Positions 40,879-55,189 of a stretch of DNA of 64,000 nt are shown one piece after another. Within the stretch, counting starts at the first letter, position 1; each line of letters opens with the position of its first letter. A program made the translations under genes and the position numbers. Under the pieces are notes generated by a model. The model was not told where the DNA came from, ran no database searches, and worked only from the letters and a program-made list of their open reading frames with translations. Origin of the DNA: the human T2T-CHM13v2.0 reference genome, Homo sapiens; contig CP086569.2 in the NCBI GenBank assembly GCA_009914755.4, forward strand, positions 55,168,001 through 55,232,000. The letters are read 5' to 3'.

Positions 40879-43800
40879 AATGGAACTTTCTTGAATGGAC
40901 TGGAATCAAACGGAATGGAATGCAATGCAATCAAATGGCATGGAATAAAATAGAATGAAAGAGAATCAAATGGAATTGAATCGAATGGAATCGAATGGAT
41001 TGGAAAGGAATAGAATGGAATGGAATGGAATTGACTCAAATGGAATGGACTAGAATGGAATGGATTCGAATGGAAGGCAAAGGAATGGAATCTATTGGAA
41101 TGGACTGTAATGGAATGGAATGGAAGGGATTGGAATGGACTCGAATGGAATGGACTGCAATAGAAAGGATTTGAATGGAATGAAAAAGAATTGAATGGAA
41201 TAGAACAGAATGGAATCAAATCGAATGAAATGGAATGGAATAGAAAGGAATGGAATGAAATGGAATGGAAAGGATTCGAATGGAATGCAATCGAATGGAA
41301 TGGAATCGAACGGAATGGAATAAAATGGAAGAAAACTGGCAAGAAATGGAATCGAAATGAATGGAGTGTTATGGAACGGACTCAAAAGGAATTGAATGTA
41401 ATAGAATGGAGTGGAGTGGACTCGAATATAATGGACTGGAATGGAATGAAATCACATGGAATGGGAACGAATGGAATGGAATGGAAAGGAATGGAATCGA
41501 ATGGAAAGGAATCGAATGGAAGGGAATGAAATTGAATCAACAGGAATGGAAGGGAATAGAATAGACGGTAATGGAATGGACTCGAATAGAATGGACACGA
41601 ATGCTCAAATTGAATGGACTCGAATGGAATGGAAACGAAAGGAATGTCATCGAATGGAATTGAATCGATTGGAATGAAATCGCATAGAATGGAGTGGAAT
41701 CAAATGGAATTGAATCGAAAGGAAAGGAAGCGAATGGACTGAAATGAAATGGAATGGAATTGAATGGAAAGTAATGCAATGGAATAGAATGGAACGAAAT
41801 TTCACGGAATGGAATCAAACTGAATGGAATCAAATCAATGGAATCAAATCAAATGGAATGGAAAGGAATTGAATGGAGTAGATTGGATTGGATGGGATTG
41901 GAATGAAATGTACTGGAAAGGACTCGAATTTCATGAAACGGAATGGAATGAATTGGAACGGAATGGACTCGAATGGAATGGAATGTCATGGAATGGCATC
42001 AAATGGAATGGCATCAAATGGAATGGAATCGAATGCAATGGAATGCTATGGAATGGAATGGAATGCATTGGAATGGAATGTCCTCTAATGGAATGGATTC
42101 GAGTGGAATGGAATCGAATATAATGGAGTCGAATGAAATGGAATTGAAAGGAATGGGATCGAATACAATGGAATATACTGGAATGTAATGTAATGAACTC
42201 GAATGTAATTGACTGGAATGGAATGTACATGAATGGAATGTAATCGAATGGAAAGTAATCCAATGGAATAGAATCTAATGCAATAAAATCGACTCAGATA
42301 GATTAGAATGTAATGGAATGGAGTGCAGTGCAATGGAATGGAATGGAATGGAATGCAATGGAATGGAATGGAATGGAATGGAATGGAATGGAATGGAATG
42401 GAATGGGATGGAATGGTATGGAATGGTATGGAATGGATAGTAATGGACTGGAGTGAAATGGACTGGAAAGGAATGGACTCAAATTGAAAGGGCTCGAAAG
42501 GAATGGAGTCAAATGGAATGGTCTGGAATGGAATGAACACGAATGTAATGCAATCCAATAGAATGGAATCGAATGGCATGGAATATAAAGAAATGGATTC
42601 GAAGAGAATGGAAACAAATGGAATGGAATTGAATGGAATGGAATTGAATGGAATGGGAACGAATGGAGTGAAATTGTATGCAGTAGAAGGGAATAGAATG
42701 GAATGCAAGCGAAAGGAAAGGAATGGATTGGAATGGAATGGAATTCATTGGAATGGAAGGGAATGTAGTGTAATGGACAGGCCTGGAATAAAGTGGAATG
42801 CTACGGTCTCGAATGGAATAAAAATGTATGGAATGGAATACAAAGAAACGGAATCGAATGTCATAGAATGTAATGGAATGCAACAAAATGGAATCCAAAA
42901 TCATTGACTGGAAAGGCTGGGTGTCGAAAGGAATTGACTCCAATGGAATGGAATCGAATGGAATGGAAGTGAATAGAATCGAACTAAATCGAATGGAATG
43001 GAATTGATAGGAACGGAATGGAAAGGAATGCAATGATTTGGCATGGAATGGAATCGAATGGCATCGAATGGAATGGAATGGAATGCAATGGAATGGAATG
43101 TATTAGAATGTAATGAACTTTAATGGAATGTACTCGAATGGATTCGACTGGAATGGAATGTTCTGGAAGTGAATGGACTCCAATGGAATGGATTCAAAAG
43201 GAATGGAATCGTACGGAATGGAATCTAATGGAATGGAATTAAATGGAAATGAATCAAATTGAATAGCACGGAATTGAATTGAATGGAATGGAATGCAATG
43301 GAATCTAATGAAACGGAAAGGAAAGGAATGGAATGGAATGGAATGGGCTGGAATGGAAAGGAATCGAAACGAATGGAATGGAATCGAACTGAAGAGACTG
43401 GAATGGAATGCACTGGAATGGAAGGGAGTGTAATGGAAGGTTCTCGAAAAAAATGGAATCGAATGGAATGGAATTGAATGGAACGGAATAGAGTCGAATG
43501 GAATTGAATGGAATGGAATGGACTAGAGTGAAATGGAATCGAACCACAAGGAATGGAGAGGAATAGAATGGTCTCGAATTGAATGGAATCGTATGGAATG
43601 GCATCAAACGGAATGGAATGGACAGCCACGGAATGGAATGCACTCGAATGCAATGGAGTCGAAACTAATGGACTGGAATAGAATGGACTCGACTGGTACG
43701 GACTCCAATGGAATGGAATCGAATGGAAGGGAATCGAACGGAATGGACTCGAAGGGAAAAGACTGCAATGGAAAGGTCTGGAATGGAATGGAAATTAATG

Positions 43801-44457
43801 GAATGGAATGGAATCGAATGAAATGGAGTCAAAAGGAATGGAATCGAATGGCAAGAAATCGAATGTAATGGAATCGCAAGGAATTGATGTGAACGGAACG
43901 GAATGGAATGGAATCCAAAGGAATGGAATAGAATGGAATGGAATCGAATGGAAAGGACTCGAATGGAAATCACTCGAATAGAATGCAATTTAATAAAATA
44001 GGATCAAATGGAATGGAATGGAATGGAAAGGAATCGAAACGAAAGGAATGGAGACAGATGGAATGGAATGGAACAGAGAGCAATGCTATAGAATGGAATG
44101 GAATCATCTGGAATGGAATTGAATGGAATGGAATAATATGAAATGGAATGGAATGGAATGGAATGGAATGCCCTTGAATTAAATGGACTGGAATGGAATG
44201 GACTCCAACAGAGTGGAATGGAAAGTGTTGAGATAGAATGGAATGGACTCCTTTGGAATGGTCTAGTATGCAATGCAATCGACTGGCAGGGAATCAAAAG
44301 GAATGTAATCGAATGGATTGGACTGGAATGCAATGGACTCGAATAGATTGGAAACGGAATGCAAAGGAATGGAATGGAATAGTATGGAATGGAATGGAAA
44401 GGAATGGAGTGGAATAGACTAGAGTGGAATGGAATGGACTGGAAAGCAATGGACTGG
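40879..44457 (+). repeat. HSat3 HOR unit 13 (3579 bp), subtype K
   Basis: Anchor at 40879 and 44458. Its variants resemble units 1 and 7. Confidence 0.9.
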
Positions 44458-47400
44458 AATGGAACTTTCTTGAATGGACTGGAATCAAACGGAATGGAAT
44501 GCAATGCAATCAAATGGCATGGAATAAAATAGAATGAAAGAGAATCAAATGGAATTGAATCGAATGGAATCGAATGGATTGGAAAGGAATAGAATGGAAT
44601 GGAATGGAATTGACTCAAATGGAATGGACTAGAATGGAATGGATTCGAATGGAAGGCAAAGGAATGGAATCTATTGGAATGGACTGTAATGGAATGGAAT
44701 GGAAGGGATTGGAATGGACTCGAATGGAATGGACTGCAATAGAAAGGATTCCAATGGAATGAAAAAGAATTGAATGGAATAGAACAGAATGGAATCAAAT
44801 CGAATGAAATGGAATGGAATAGAAAGGAATGGAATGAAATGGAATGGAAAGGATTCGAATGGAATGCAATCGAATGGAATGGAATCGAACGGAATGGAAT
44901 AAAATGGAAGAAAACTGGCAAGAAATGGAATCGAAATGAATGGAGTATTATGGAACGGACTCAAAAGGAATTGAATGTAATAGAATGGAGTGGAGTGGAC
45001 TCGAATATAATGGACTGGAATGGAATGAAATCACATGGAATGGGAACGAATGGAATGGAATGGAAAGGAATGGAATCGAATGGAAAGGAATCGAATGGAA
45101 GGGAATGAAATTGAATCAACAGGAATGGAAGGGAATAGAATAGACGGTAATGGAATGGACTCGAATAGAATGGACACGAATGCTCAAATTGAATGGACTC
45201 GAATGGAATGGAAACGAAAGGAATGTCATCGAATGGAATTGAATCGATTGGAATGAAATCGCATAGAATGGAGTGGAATCAAATGGAATTGAATCGAAAG
45301 GAAAGGAAGCGAATGGACTGAAATGAAATGGAATGGAATTGAATGGAAAGTAATGCAATGGAATAGAATGGAACGAAATTTCACGGAATGGAATCAAACT
45401 GAATGGAATCAAATCAATGGAATCTAATCAAATGGAATGGAAAGGAATTGAATGGAGTAGATTGGATTGGATGGGATTGGAATGAAATCTACTGGAAAGG
45501 ACTCGAATTTCATGAAACGGAATGGAATGAATTGGAACGGAATGGACTCGAATGGAATGGAATGTCATGGAATGGCATCAAATGGAATGGCATCAAATGG
45601 AATGGAATCGAATGCAATGGAATGTTATGGAATGGAATGGAATGCATTGGAATGGAATGTCCTCTAATGGAATGGATTCGAGTGGAATGGAATCGAATAT
45701 AATGGAGTCGAATGAAATGGAATTGAAAGGAATGGGATCGAATAGAATGGAATATACTGGAATGTAATGTAATGAACTCGAATGTAATTGACTGGAATGG
45801 AATGTACATGAATGGAAGGTAATCGAATGGAAAGTAATCCAATGGAATAGAATCTAATGCAATAAAACCGACTCAGATAGAGTAGAATGTAATGGAATGG
45901 AGTGCAGTGCAATGGAATGGAATGGAATGGAATGCAATGGAATGGAATGGAATGGAATGGAATGGAATGGAATGGAATGGAATGGGATGGAATGGTATGG
46001 AATGGTATGGAATGGATAGTAATGGACTGGAGTGAAATGGACTGGAAAGGAATGGACTCAAATTGAAAGGGCTCGAAAGGAATGGAGTCAAATGGAATGG
46101 TCTGGAATGGAATGAACACGAATGTAATGCAATCCAATAGAATGGAATCGAATGGCATGGAATATAAAGAAATGGATTCGAAGAGAATGGAAACAAATGG
46201 AATGGAATTGAATGGAATGGAATTGAATGGAATGGGAACGAATGGAGTGAAATTGTATGCAGTAGAAGGGAATAGAATGGAATGCAAGCGAAAGGAAAGG
46301 AATGGATTGGAATGGAATGGAATTCATTGGAATGGAAGGGAATGTAGTGTAATGGACAGGCCTGGAATAAAGTGGAATGCTACGGTCTCGAATGGAATAA
46401 AAATGTATGGAATGGAATACAAAGAAACGGAATCGAATGTCATAGAATGTAATGGAATGCAACAAAATGGAATCCAAAATCATTGACTGGAAAGGCTGGG
46501 TGTCGAAAGGAATTGACTCCAATGGAATGGAATCGAATGGAATGGAAGTGAATAGAATCGAACTAAATCGAATGGAATGGAATTGATAGGAACGGAATGG
46601 AAAGGAATGCAATGATTTGGCATGGAATGGAATCGAATGGCATCGAATGGAATGGAATGGAATGCAATGGAATGGAATGTATTAGAATGTAATGAACTTT
46701 AATGGAATGTACTCGAATGGATTCGACTGGAATGGAATGTTCTGGAAGTGAATGGACTCCAATGGAATGGATTCAAAAGGAATGGAATCGTACGGAATGG
46801 AATCTAATGGAATGGAATTAAATGGAAATGAATCAAATTGAATAGCACGGAATTGAATTGAATGGAATGGAATGCAATGGAATCTAATGAAACGGAAAGG
46901 AAAGGAATGGAATGGAATGGAATGGGCTGGAATGGAAAGGAATCGAAACGAATGGAATGGAATCGAACTGAAGAGACTGGAATGGAATGCACTGGAATGG
47001 AAGGGAGTGTAATGGAAGGTTCTCGAAAAAAATGGAATCGAATGGAATGGAATTGAATGGAACGGAATAGAGTCGAATGGAATTGAATGGAATGGAATGG
47101 ACTAGAGTGAAATGGAATCGAACCACAAGGAATGGAGAGGAATAGAATGGTCTCGAATTGAATGGAATCGTATGGAATGGCATCAAACGGAATGGAATGG
47201 ACAGCCACGGAATGGAATGCACTCGAATGCAATGGAGTCGAAACTAATGGACTGGAATAGAATGGACTCGACTGGTACGGACTCCAATGGAATGGAATCG
47301 AATGGAAGGGAATCGAACGGAATGGACTCGAAGGGAAAAGACTGCAATGGAAAGGTCTGGAATGGAATGGAAATTAATGGAATGGAATGGAATCGAATGA

Positions 47401-48036
47401 AATGGAGTCAAAAGGAATGGAATCGAATGGCAAGAAATCGAATGTAATGGAATCGCAAGGAATTGATGTGAACGGAACGGAATGGAATGGAATCCAAAGG
47501 AATGGAATAGAATGGAATGGAATCGAATGGAAAGGACTCGAATGGAAATCACTCGAATAGAATGCAATTTAATAAAATAGGATCAAATGGAATGGAATGG
47601 AATGGAAAGGAATCGAAACGAAAGGAATGGAGACAGATGGAATGGAATGGAACAGAGAGCAATGCTATAGAATGGAATGGAATCATCTGGAATGGAATTG
47701 AATGGAATGGAATAATATGAAATGGAATGGAATGGAATGGAATGGAATGCCCTTGAATTAAATGGACTGGAATGGAATGGACTCCAACAGAGTGGAATGG
47801 AAAGTGTTGAGATAGAATGGAATGGACTCCTTTGGAATGGTCTAGTATGCAATGCAATCGACTGGCAGGGAATCAAAAGGAATGTAATCGAATGGATTGG
47901 ACTGGAATGCAATGGACTCGAATAGATTGGAAACGGAATGCAAAGGAATGGAATGGAATAGTATGGAATGGAATGGAAAGGAATGGAGTGGAATAGACTA
48001 GAGTGGAATGGAATGGACTGGAAAGCAATGGACTGG
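44458..48036 (+). repeat. HSat3 HOR unit 14 (3579 bp), subtype L/W
   Basis: Anchor at 44458 and 48037. Confidence 0.9.
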
Positions 48037-51000
48037 AATGGAACTTTCTTGAATGGACTGGAATCAAACGGAATGGAATGCAATGCAATCAAATGGCATG
48101 GAATAAAATAGAATGAAAGAGAATCAAATGGAATTGAATCGAATGGAATCGAATGGATTGGAAAGGAATAGAATGGAATGGAATGGAATTGACTCAAATG
48201 GAATGGACTAGAATGGAATGGATTCGAATGGAAGGCAAAGGAATGGAATCTATTGGAATGGACTGTAATGGAATGGAATGGAAGGGATTGGAATGGACTC
48301 GAATGGAATGGACTGCAATAGAAAGGATTCCAATGGAATGAAAAAGAATTGAATGGAATAGAACAGAATGGAATCAAATCGAATGAAATGGAATGGAATA
48401 GAAAGGAATGGAATGAAATGGAATGGAAAGGATTCGAATGGAATGCAATCGAATGGAATGGAATCGAACGGAATGGAATAAAATGGAAGAAAACTGGCAA
48501 GAAATGGAATCGAAATGAATGGAGTATTATGGAACGGACTCAAAAGGAATTGAATGTAATAGAATGGAGTGGAGTGGACTCGAATATAATGGACTGGAAT
48601 GGAATGAAATCACATGGAATGGGAACGAATGGAATGGAATGGAAAGGAATGGAATCGAATGGAAAGGAATCGAATGGAAGGGAATGAAATTGAATCAACA
48701 GGAATGGAAGGGAATAGAATAGACGGTAATGGAATGGACTCGAATAGAATGGACACGAATGCTCAAATTGAATGGACTCGAATGGAATGGAAACGAAAGG
48801 AATGTCATCGAATGGAATTGAATCGATTGGAATGAAATCGCATAGAATGGAGTGGAATCAAATGGAATTGAATCGAAAGGAAAGGAAGCGAATGGACTGA
48901 AATGAAATGGAATGGAATTGAATGGAAAGTAATGCAATGGAATAGAATGGAACGAAATTTCACGGAATGGAATCAAACTGAATGGAATCAAATCAATGGA
49001 ATCTAATCAAATGGAATGGAAAGGAATTGAATGGAGTAGATTGGATTGGATGGGATTGGAATGAAATCTACTGGAAAGGACTCGAATTTCATGAAACGGA
49101 ATGGAATGAATTGGAACGGAATGGACTCGAATGGAATGGAATGTCATGGAATGGCATCAAATGGAATGGCATCAAATGGAATGGAATCGAATGCAATGGA
49201 ATGTTATGGAATGGAATGGAATGCATTGGAATGGAATGTCCTCTAATGGAATGGATTCGAGTGGAATGGAATCGAATATAATGGAGTCGAATGAAATGGA
49301 ATTGAAAGGAATGGGATCGAATAGAATGGAATATACTGGAATGTAATGTAATGAACTCGAATGTAATTGACTGGAATGGAATGTACATGAATGGAAGGTA
49401 ATCGAATGGAAAGTAATCCAATGGAATACAATCTAATGCAATAAAACCGACTCAGATAGAGTAGAATGTAATGGAATGGAGTGCAGTGCAATGGAATGGA
49501 ATGGAATTGAATGCAATGGAATGGAATGGAATGGAATGGAATGGAATGGAATGGAATGGAATGGAATGGGATGGAATGGTATGGAATGGATAGAAATGGA
49601 CTGGAGTGAAATGGACTGGAAAGGAATGGACTCAAATTGAAAGGGCTCGAAAGGAATGGAGTCAAATGGAATGGTCTGGAATGGAATGAACACGAATGTA
49701 ATGCAATCCAATAGAATGGAATCGAATGGCATGGAATATAAAGAAATGGATACGAAGAGAATGGAAACAAATGGAATGGAATTGAATGGAATGGAATTGA
49801 ATGGAATGGGAACGAATGGAGTGAAATTGTATGCAGTAGAAGGGAATAGAATGGAATGCAAGCGAAAGGAAAGGAATGGATTGGAATGGAATGGAATTCA
49901 TTGGAATGGAAGGGAATGTAGTGTAATGGACAGGCCTGGAATAAAGTGGAATGCTACGGTCTCGAATGGAATAAAAATGTATGGAATGGAATGCAATGAA
50001 ACGGAATCGAATGTCATAGAATGTAATGGAATGCAACAAAATGGAATCCAAAATCATTGACTGGAAAGGCTGGGTGTCGAAAGGAATTGACTCCAATGGA
50101 ATGGAATCGAATGGAATGGAAGTGAATAGAATCGAACTAAATCGAATGGAATGGAATTGATAGGAACGGAATGGAAAGGAATGCAATGATTTGGCATGGA
50201 ATGGAATCGAATGGCATCGAATGGAATGGAATGGAATGCAATGGAATGGAATGTATTAGAATGTAATGAACTTTAATGGAATGTACTCGAATGGATTCGA
50301 CTGGAATGGAATGTTCTGGAAGTGAATGGACTCCAATGGAATGGATTCAAAAGGAATGGAATCGTACGGAATGGAATCTAATGGAATGGAATTAAATGGA
50401 AATGAATCAAATTGAATAGCACGGAATTGAATTGAATGGAATGGAATGCAATGGAATCTAATGAAACGGAAAGGAAAGGAATGGAATGGAATGGAATGGG
50501 CTGGAATGGAAAGGAATCGAAACGAATGGAATGGAATCGAACTGAAGAGACTGGAATGGAATGCACTGGAATGGAAGGGAGTGTAATGGAAGGTTCTCGA
50601 AAAAAATGGAATCGAATGGAATGGAATTGAATGGAACGGAATAGAGTCGAATGGAATTGAATGGAATGGAATGGACTAGAGTGAAATGGAATCGAACCAC
50701 AAGGAATGGAGAGGAATAGAATGGTCTCGAATTGAATGGAATCATATGGAATGGCATCAAACGGAATGGAATGGACAGCCACGGAATGGAATGCACTCGA
50801 ATGCAATGGAGTCGAAACTAATGGACTGGAATAGAATGGACTCGACTGGTACGGACTCCAATGGAATGGAATCGAATGGAAGGGAATCGAACGGAATGGA
50901 CTCGAAGGGAAAAGACTGCAATGGAAAGGTCTCGAATGGAATGGAAATTAATGGAATGGAATGGAATCGAATGAAATGGAGTCAAAAGGAATGGAATCGA

Positions 51001-51610
51001 ATGGCAAGAAATCGAATGTAATGGAATCGCAAGGAATTGATGTGAACGGAACGGAATGGAATGGAATCCAAAGGAATGGAATAGAATGGAATGGAATCGA
51101 ATGGAAAGGACTCGAATGGAAATCACTCGAATAGAATGCAATTTAATAAAATAGGATCAAATATAATGGAATGGAATGGAAAGGAATCGAAACGAAAGGA
51201 ATGGAGACAGATGGAATGGAATAGAACAGAGAGCAATGGTATAGAATGGAATGGAATCATCTGGAATGGAATTGAATGGAATGGAATAATATGAAATGGA
51301 ATGGAATGGAATGGAATGGAATGCCCTTGAATTAAATGGACTGGAATGGAATGGACTCGAACAGAGTGGAATGGAAAGTGTTGAGATAGAATGGAATGGA
51401 CTCCTTTGGAATGGTGTAGTATGCAATGCAATCGACTGGCAGGGAATCAAAAGGAATGTAATCGAATGGATTGGACTGGAATGCAATGGACTCGAATAGA
51501 TTGCAAACAGAATGCAAAGGAATGGAATGGAATAGTATGGAATGGAATGGAAAGGAATGGAGTGGAATAGACTAGAGTGGAATGGAATGGACTGGAAAGC
51601 AATGGACTGG
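48037..51610 (+). repeat. HSat3 HOR unit 15 (3574 bp)
   Basis: Anchor at 48037 and 51611. The 5' two-thirds are nearly identical to unit 14. Confidence 0.9.
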
Positions 51611-54600
51611 AATGGAACTTTCTTGAATGGACTGGAATCAAACGGAATGGAATGCAATGCAATCAAATGGCATGGAATAAAATAGAATGAAAGAGAATCA
51701 AATGGAATTGAATCGAATGGAATCGAATGGATTGGAAAGGAATAGAATGGAATGGAATGGAATTGACTCAAATGGAATGGACTAGAATGGAATGGATTCG
51801 AATGGAAGGCAAAGGAATGGAATCTATTGGAATGGACTGTAATGGAATGGAATGGAAGGGATTGGAATGGACTCGAATGGAATGGACTGCAATAGAAAGG
51901 ATTCGAATGGAATGAAAAAGAATTGAATGGAATAGAACAGAATGGAATCAAATCGAATGAAATGGAATGGAATAGAAAGGAATGGAATGAAATGGAATGG
52001 AAAGGATTCGAATGGAATGCAATCGAATGGAATGGAATCAAACGGAATGGAATAAAATGGAAGAAAACTGGCAAGAAATGGAATCGAAATGAATGGAGTG
52101 TTATGGAACGGACTCAAAAGGAATTGAATGTAATAGAATGGAGTGGAGTGGACTCGAATATAATGGACTGGAATGGAATGAAATCACATGGAATGGGAAC
52201 GAATGGAATGGAATGGAAAGGAATGGAATCGAATGGAAAGGAATCGAATGGAAGGGAATGAAATTGAATCAACAGGAATGGAAGGGAATAGAATAGACGG
52301 TAATGGAATGGACTCGAATAGAATGGACACGAATGCTCAAATTGAATGGACTCGAATGGAATGGAAACGAAAGGAATGTCATCGAATGGAATTGAATCGA
52401 TTGGAATGAAATCGCATAGAATGGAGTGGAATCAAATGGAATTGAATCGAAAGGAAAGGAAGCGAATGGACTGAAATGAAATGGAATGGAATTGAATGGA
52501 AAGTAATGCAATGGAATAGAATGGAACGAAATTTCACGGAATGGAATCAAACTGAATGGAATCAAATCAATGGAATCAAATCAAATGGAATGGAAAGGAA
52601 TTGAATGGAGTAGATTGGATTGGATGGGATTGGAATGAAATGTACTGGAAAGGACTCGAATTTCATGAAACGGAATGGAATGAATTGGAACGGAATGGAC
52701 TCGAATGGAATGGAATGTCATGGAATGGCATCAAATGGAATGGCATCAAATGGAATGGAATCGAATGCAATGGAATGCTATGGAATGGAATGGAATGCAT
52801 TGGAATGGAATGTCCTCTAATGGAATGGATTCGAGTGGAATGGAATCGAATATAATGGAGTCGAATGAAATGGAATTGAAAGGAATGGGATCGAATACAA
52901 TGGAATATACTGGAATGTAATGTAATGAACTCGAATGTAATTGACTGGAATGGAATGTACATGAATGGAATGTAATCGAATGGAAAGTAATCCAATGGAA
53001 TAGAATCTAATGCAATAAAATCGACTCAGATAGAGTAGAATGTAATGGAATGGAGTGCAGTGAAATGGAATGGAATGGAATGGAATGCAATGGAATGGAA
53101 TGGAATGGAATGGAATGGAATGGAATGGAATGGAATGGAATGGGATGGAATGGTATGGAATGGATAGTAATGGACTGGAGTGAAATGGACTGGAAAGGAA
53201 TGGACTCAAATTGAAAGGGCTCGAAAGGAATGGAGTCAAATGGAATGGTCTGGAATGGAATGAACACGAATGTAATGCAATCCAATAGAATGGAATCGAA
53301 TGGCATGGAATATAAAGAAATGGATTCGAAGAGAATGGAAACAAATGGAATGGAATTGAATGGAATGGAATTGAATGGAATGGGAACGAATGGAGTGAAA
53401 TTGTATGCAGTAGAAGGGAATAGAATGGAATGCAAGCGAAAGGAAAGGAATGGATTGGAATGGAATGGAATTCATTGGAATGGAAGGGAATGTAGTGTAA
53501 TGGACAGGCCTGGAATAAAGTGGAATGCTACGGTCTCGAATGGAATAAAAATGTATGGAATGGAATACAAAGAAACGGAATCGAATGTCATAGAATGTAA
53601 TGGAATGCAACAAAATGGAATCCAAAATCATTGACTGGAAAGGCTGGGTGTCGAAAGGAATTGACTCCAATGGAATGGAATCGAATGGAATGGAAGTGAA
53701 TAGAATCGAACTAAATCGAATGGAATGGAATTGATAGGAACGGAATGGAAAGGAATGCAATGATTTGGCATGGAATGGAATCGAATGGCATCGAATGGAA
53801 TGGAATGGAATGCAATGGAATGGAATGTATTAGAATGTAATGAACTTTAATGGAATGTACTCGAATGGATTCGACTGGAATGGAATGTTCTGGAAGTGAA
53901 TGGACTCCAATGGAATGGATTCAAAAGGAATGGAATCGTACGGAATGGAATCTAATGGAATGGAATTAAATGGAAATGAATCAAATTGAATAGCACGGAA
54001 TTGAATTGAATGGAATGGAATGCAATGGAATCTAATGAAACGGAAAGGAAAGGAATGGAATGGAATGGAATGGGCTGGAATGGAAAGGAATCGAAACGAA
54101 TGGAATGGAATCGAACTGAAGAGACTGGAATGGAATGCACTGGAATGGAAGGGAGTGTAATGGAAGGTTCTCGAAAAAAATGGAATCGAATGGAATGGAA
54201 TTGAATGGAACGGAATAGAGTCGAATGGAATTGAATGGAATGGAATGGACTAGAGTGAAATGGAATCAAACCACAAGGAATGGAGAGGAATAGAATGGTC
54301 TCGAATTGAATGGAATCGTATGGAATGGCATCAAACGGAATGGAATGGACAGCCACGGAATGGAATGCACTCGAATGCAATGGAGTCGAAACTAATGGAC
54401 TGGAATAGAATGGACTCGACTGGTACGGACTCCAATGGAATGGAATCGAATGGAAAGGAATCGAACGGAATGGACTCGAAGGGAAAAGACTGCAATGGAA
54501 AGGTCTCGAATGGAATGGAAATTAATGGAATGGAATGGAATCGAATGAAATGGAGTCAAAAGGAATGGAATCGAATGGCAACAAATCGAATGTAATGGAA

Positions 54601-55189
54601 TGGCAAGGAATTGATGTGAACGGAACGGAATGGAATGGAATCCAAAGGAATGGAATAGAATGGAATGGAATCGAATGGAAAGGACTCGAATGGAAATCAC
54701 TCGAATAGAATGCAATTTAATAAAATAGGATCAAATGTAATGGAATGGAATGGAAAGGAATCGAAACGAAAGGAATGGAGACAGATGGAATGGAATAGAA
54801 CAGAGAGCAATGGTATGGAATGGAATGGAATCATCTGGAATGGAATTGAATGGAATGGAATAATATGAAATGGAATGGAATGGAATGGAATGGAATGGAA
54901 TGCCCTTGAATTAAATGGACTGGAATGGAATGGACTCGAACAGAGTGGAATGGAAAGTGTTGAGATAGAATGGAATGGACTCCTTTGGAATGGTGTAGTA
55001 TGCAATGCAATCGACTGGCAGGGAATCAAAAGGAATGTAATGGAATGGACTGGACTGGAATGCAATGGACTCGAATAGATTGGAAACGGAATGCAAAGAA
55101 ATGGAATGGAATAGTATGGAATGGAATGGAAAGGAATGGAGTGGAATAGACTACAGTGGAATGGAATGGACTGGAAAGCAATGGACTGG
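51611..55189 (+). repeat. HSat3 HOR unit 16 (3579 bp)
   Basis: Anchor at 51611 and 55190. Confidence 0.9.
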
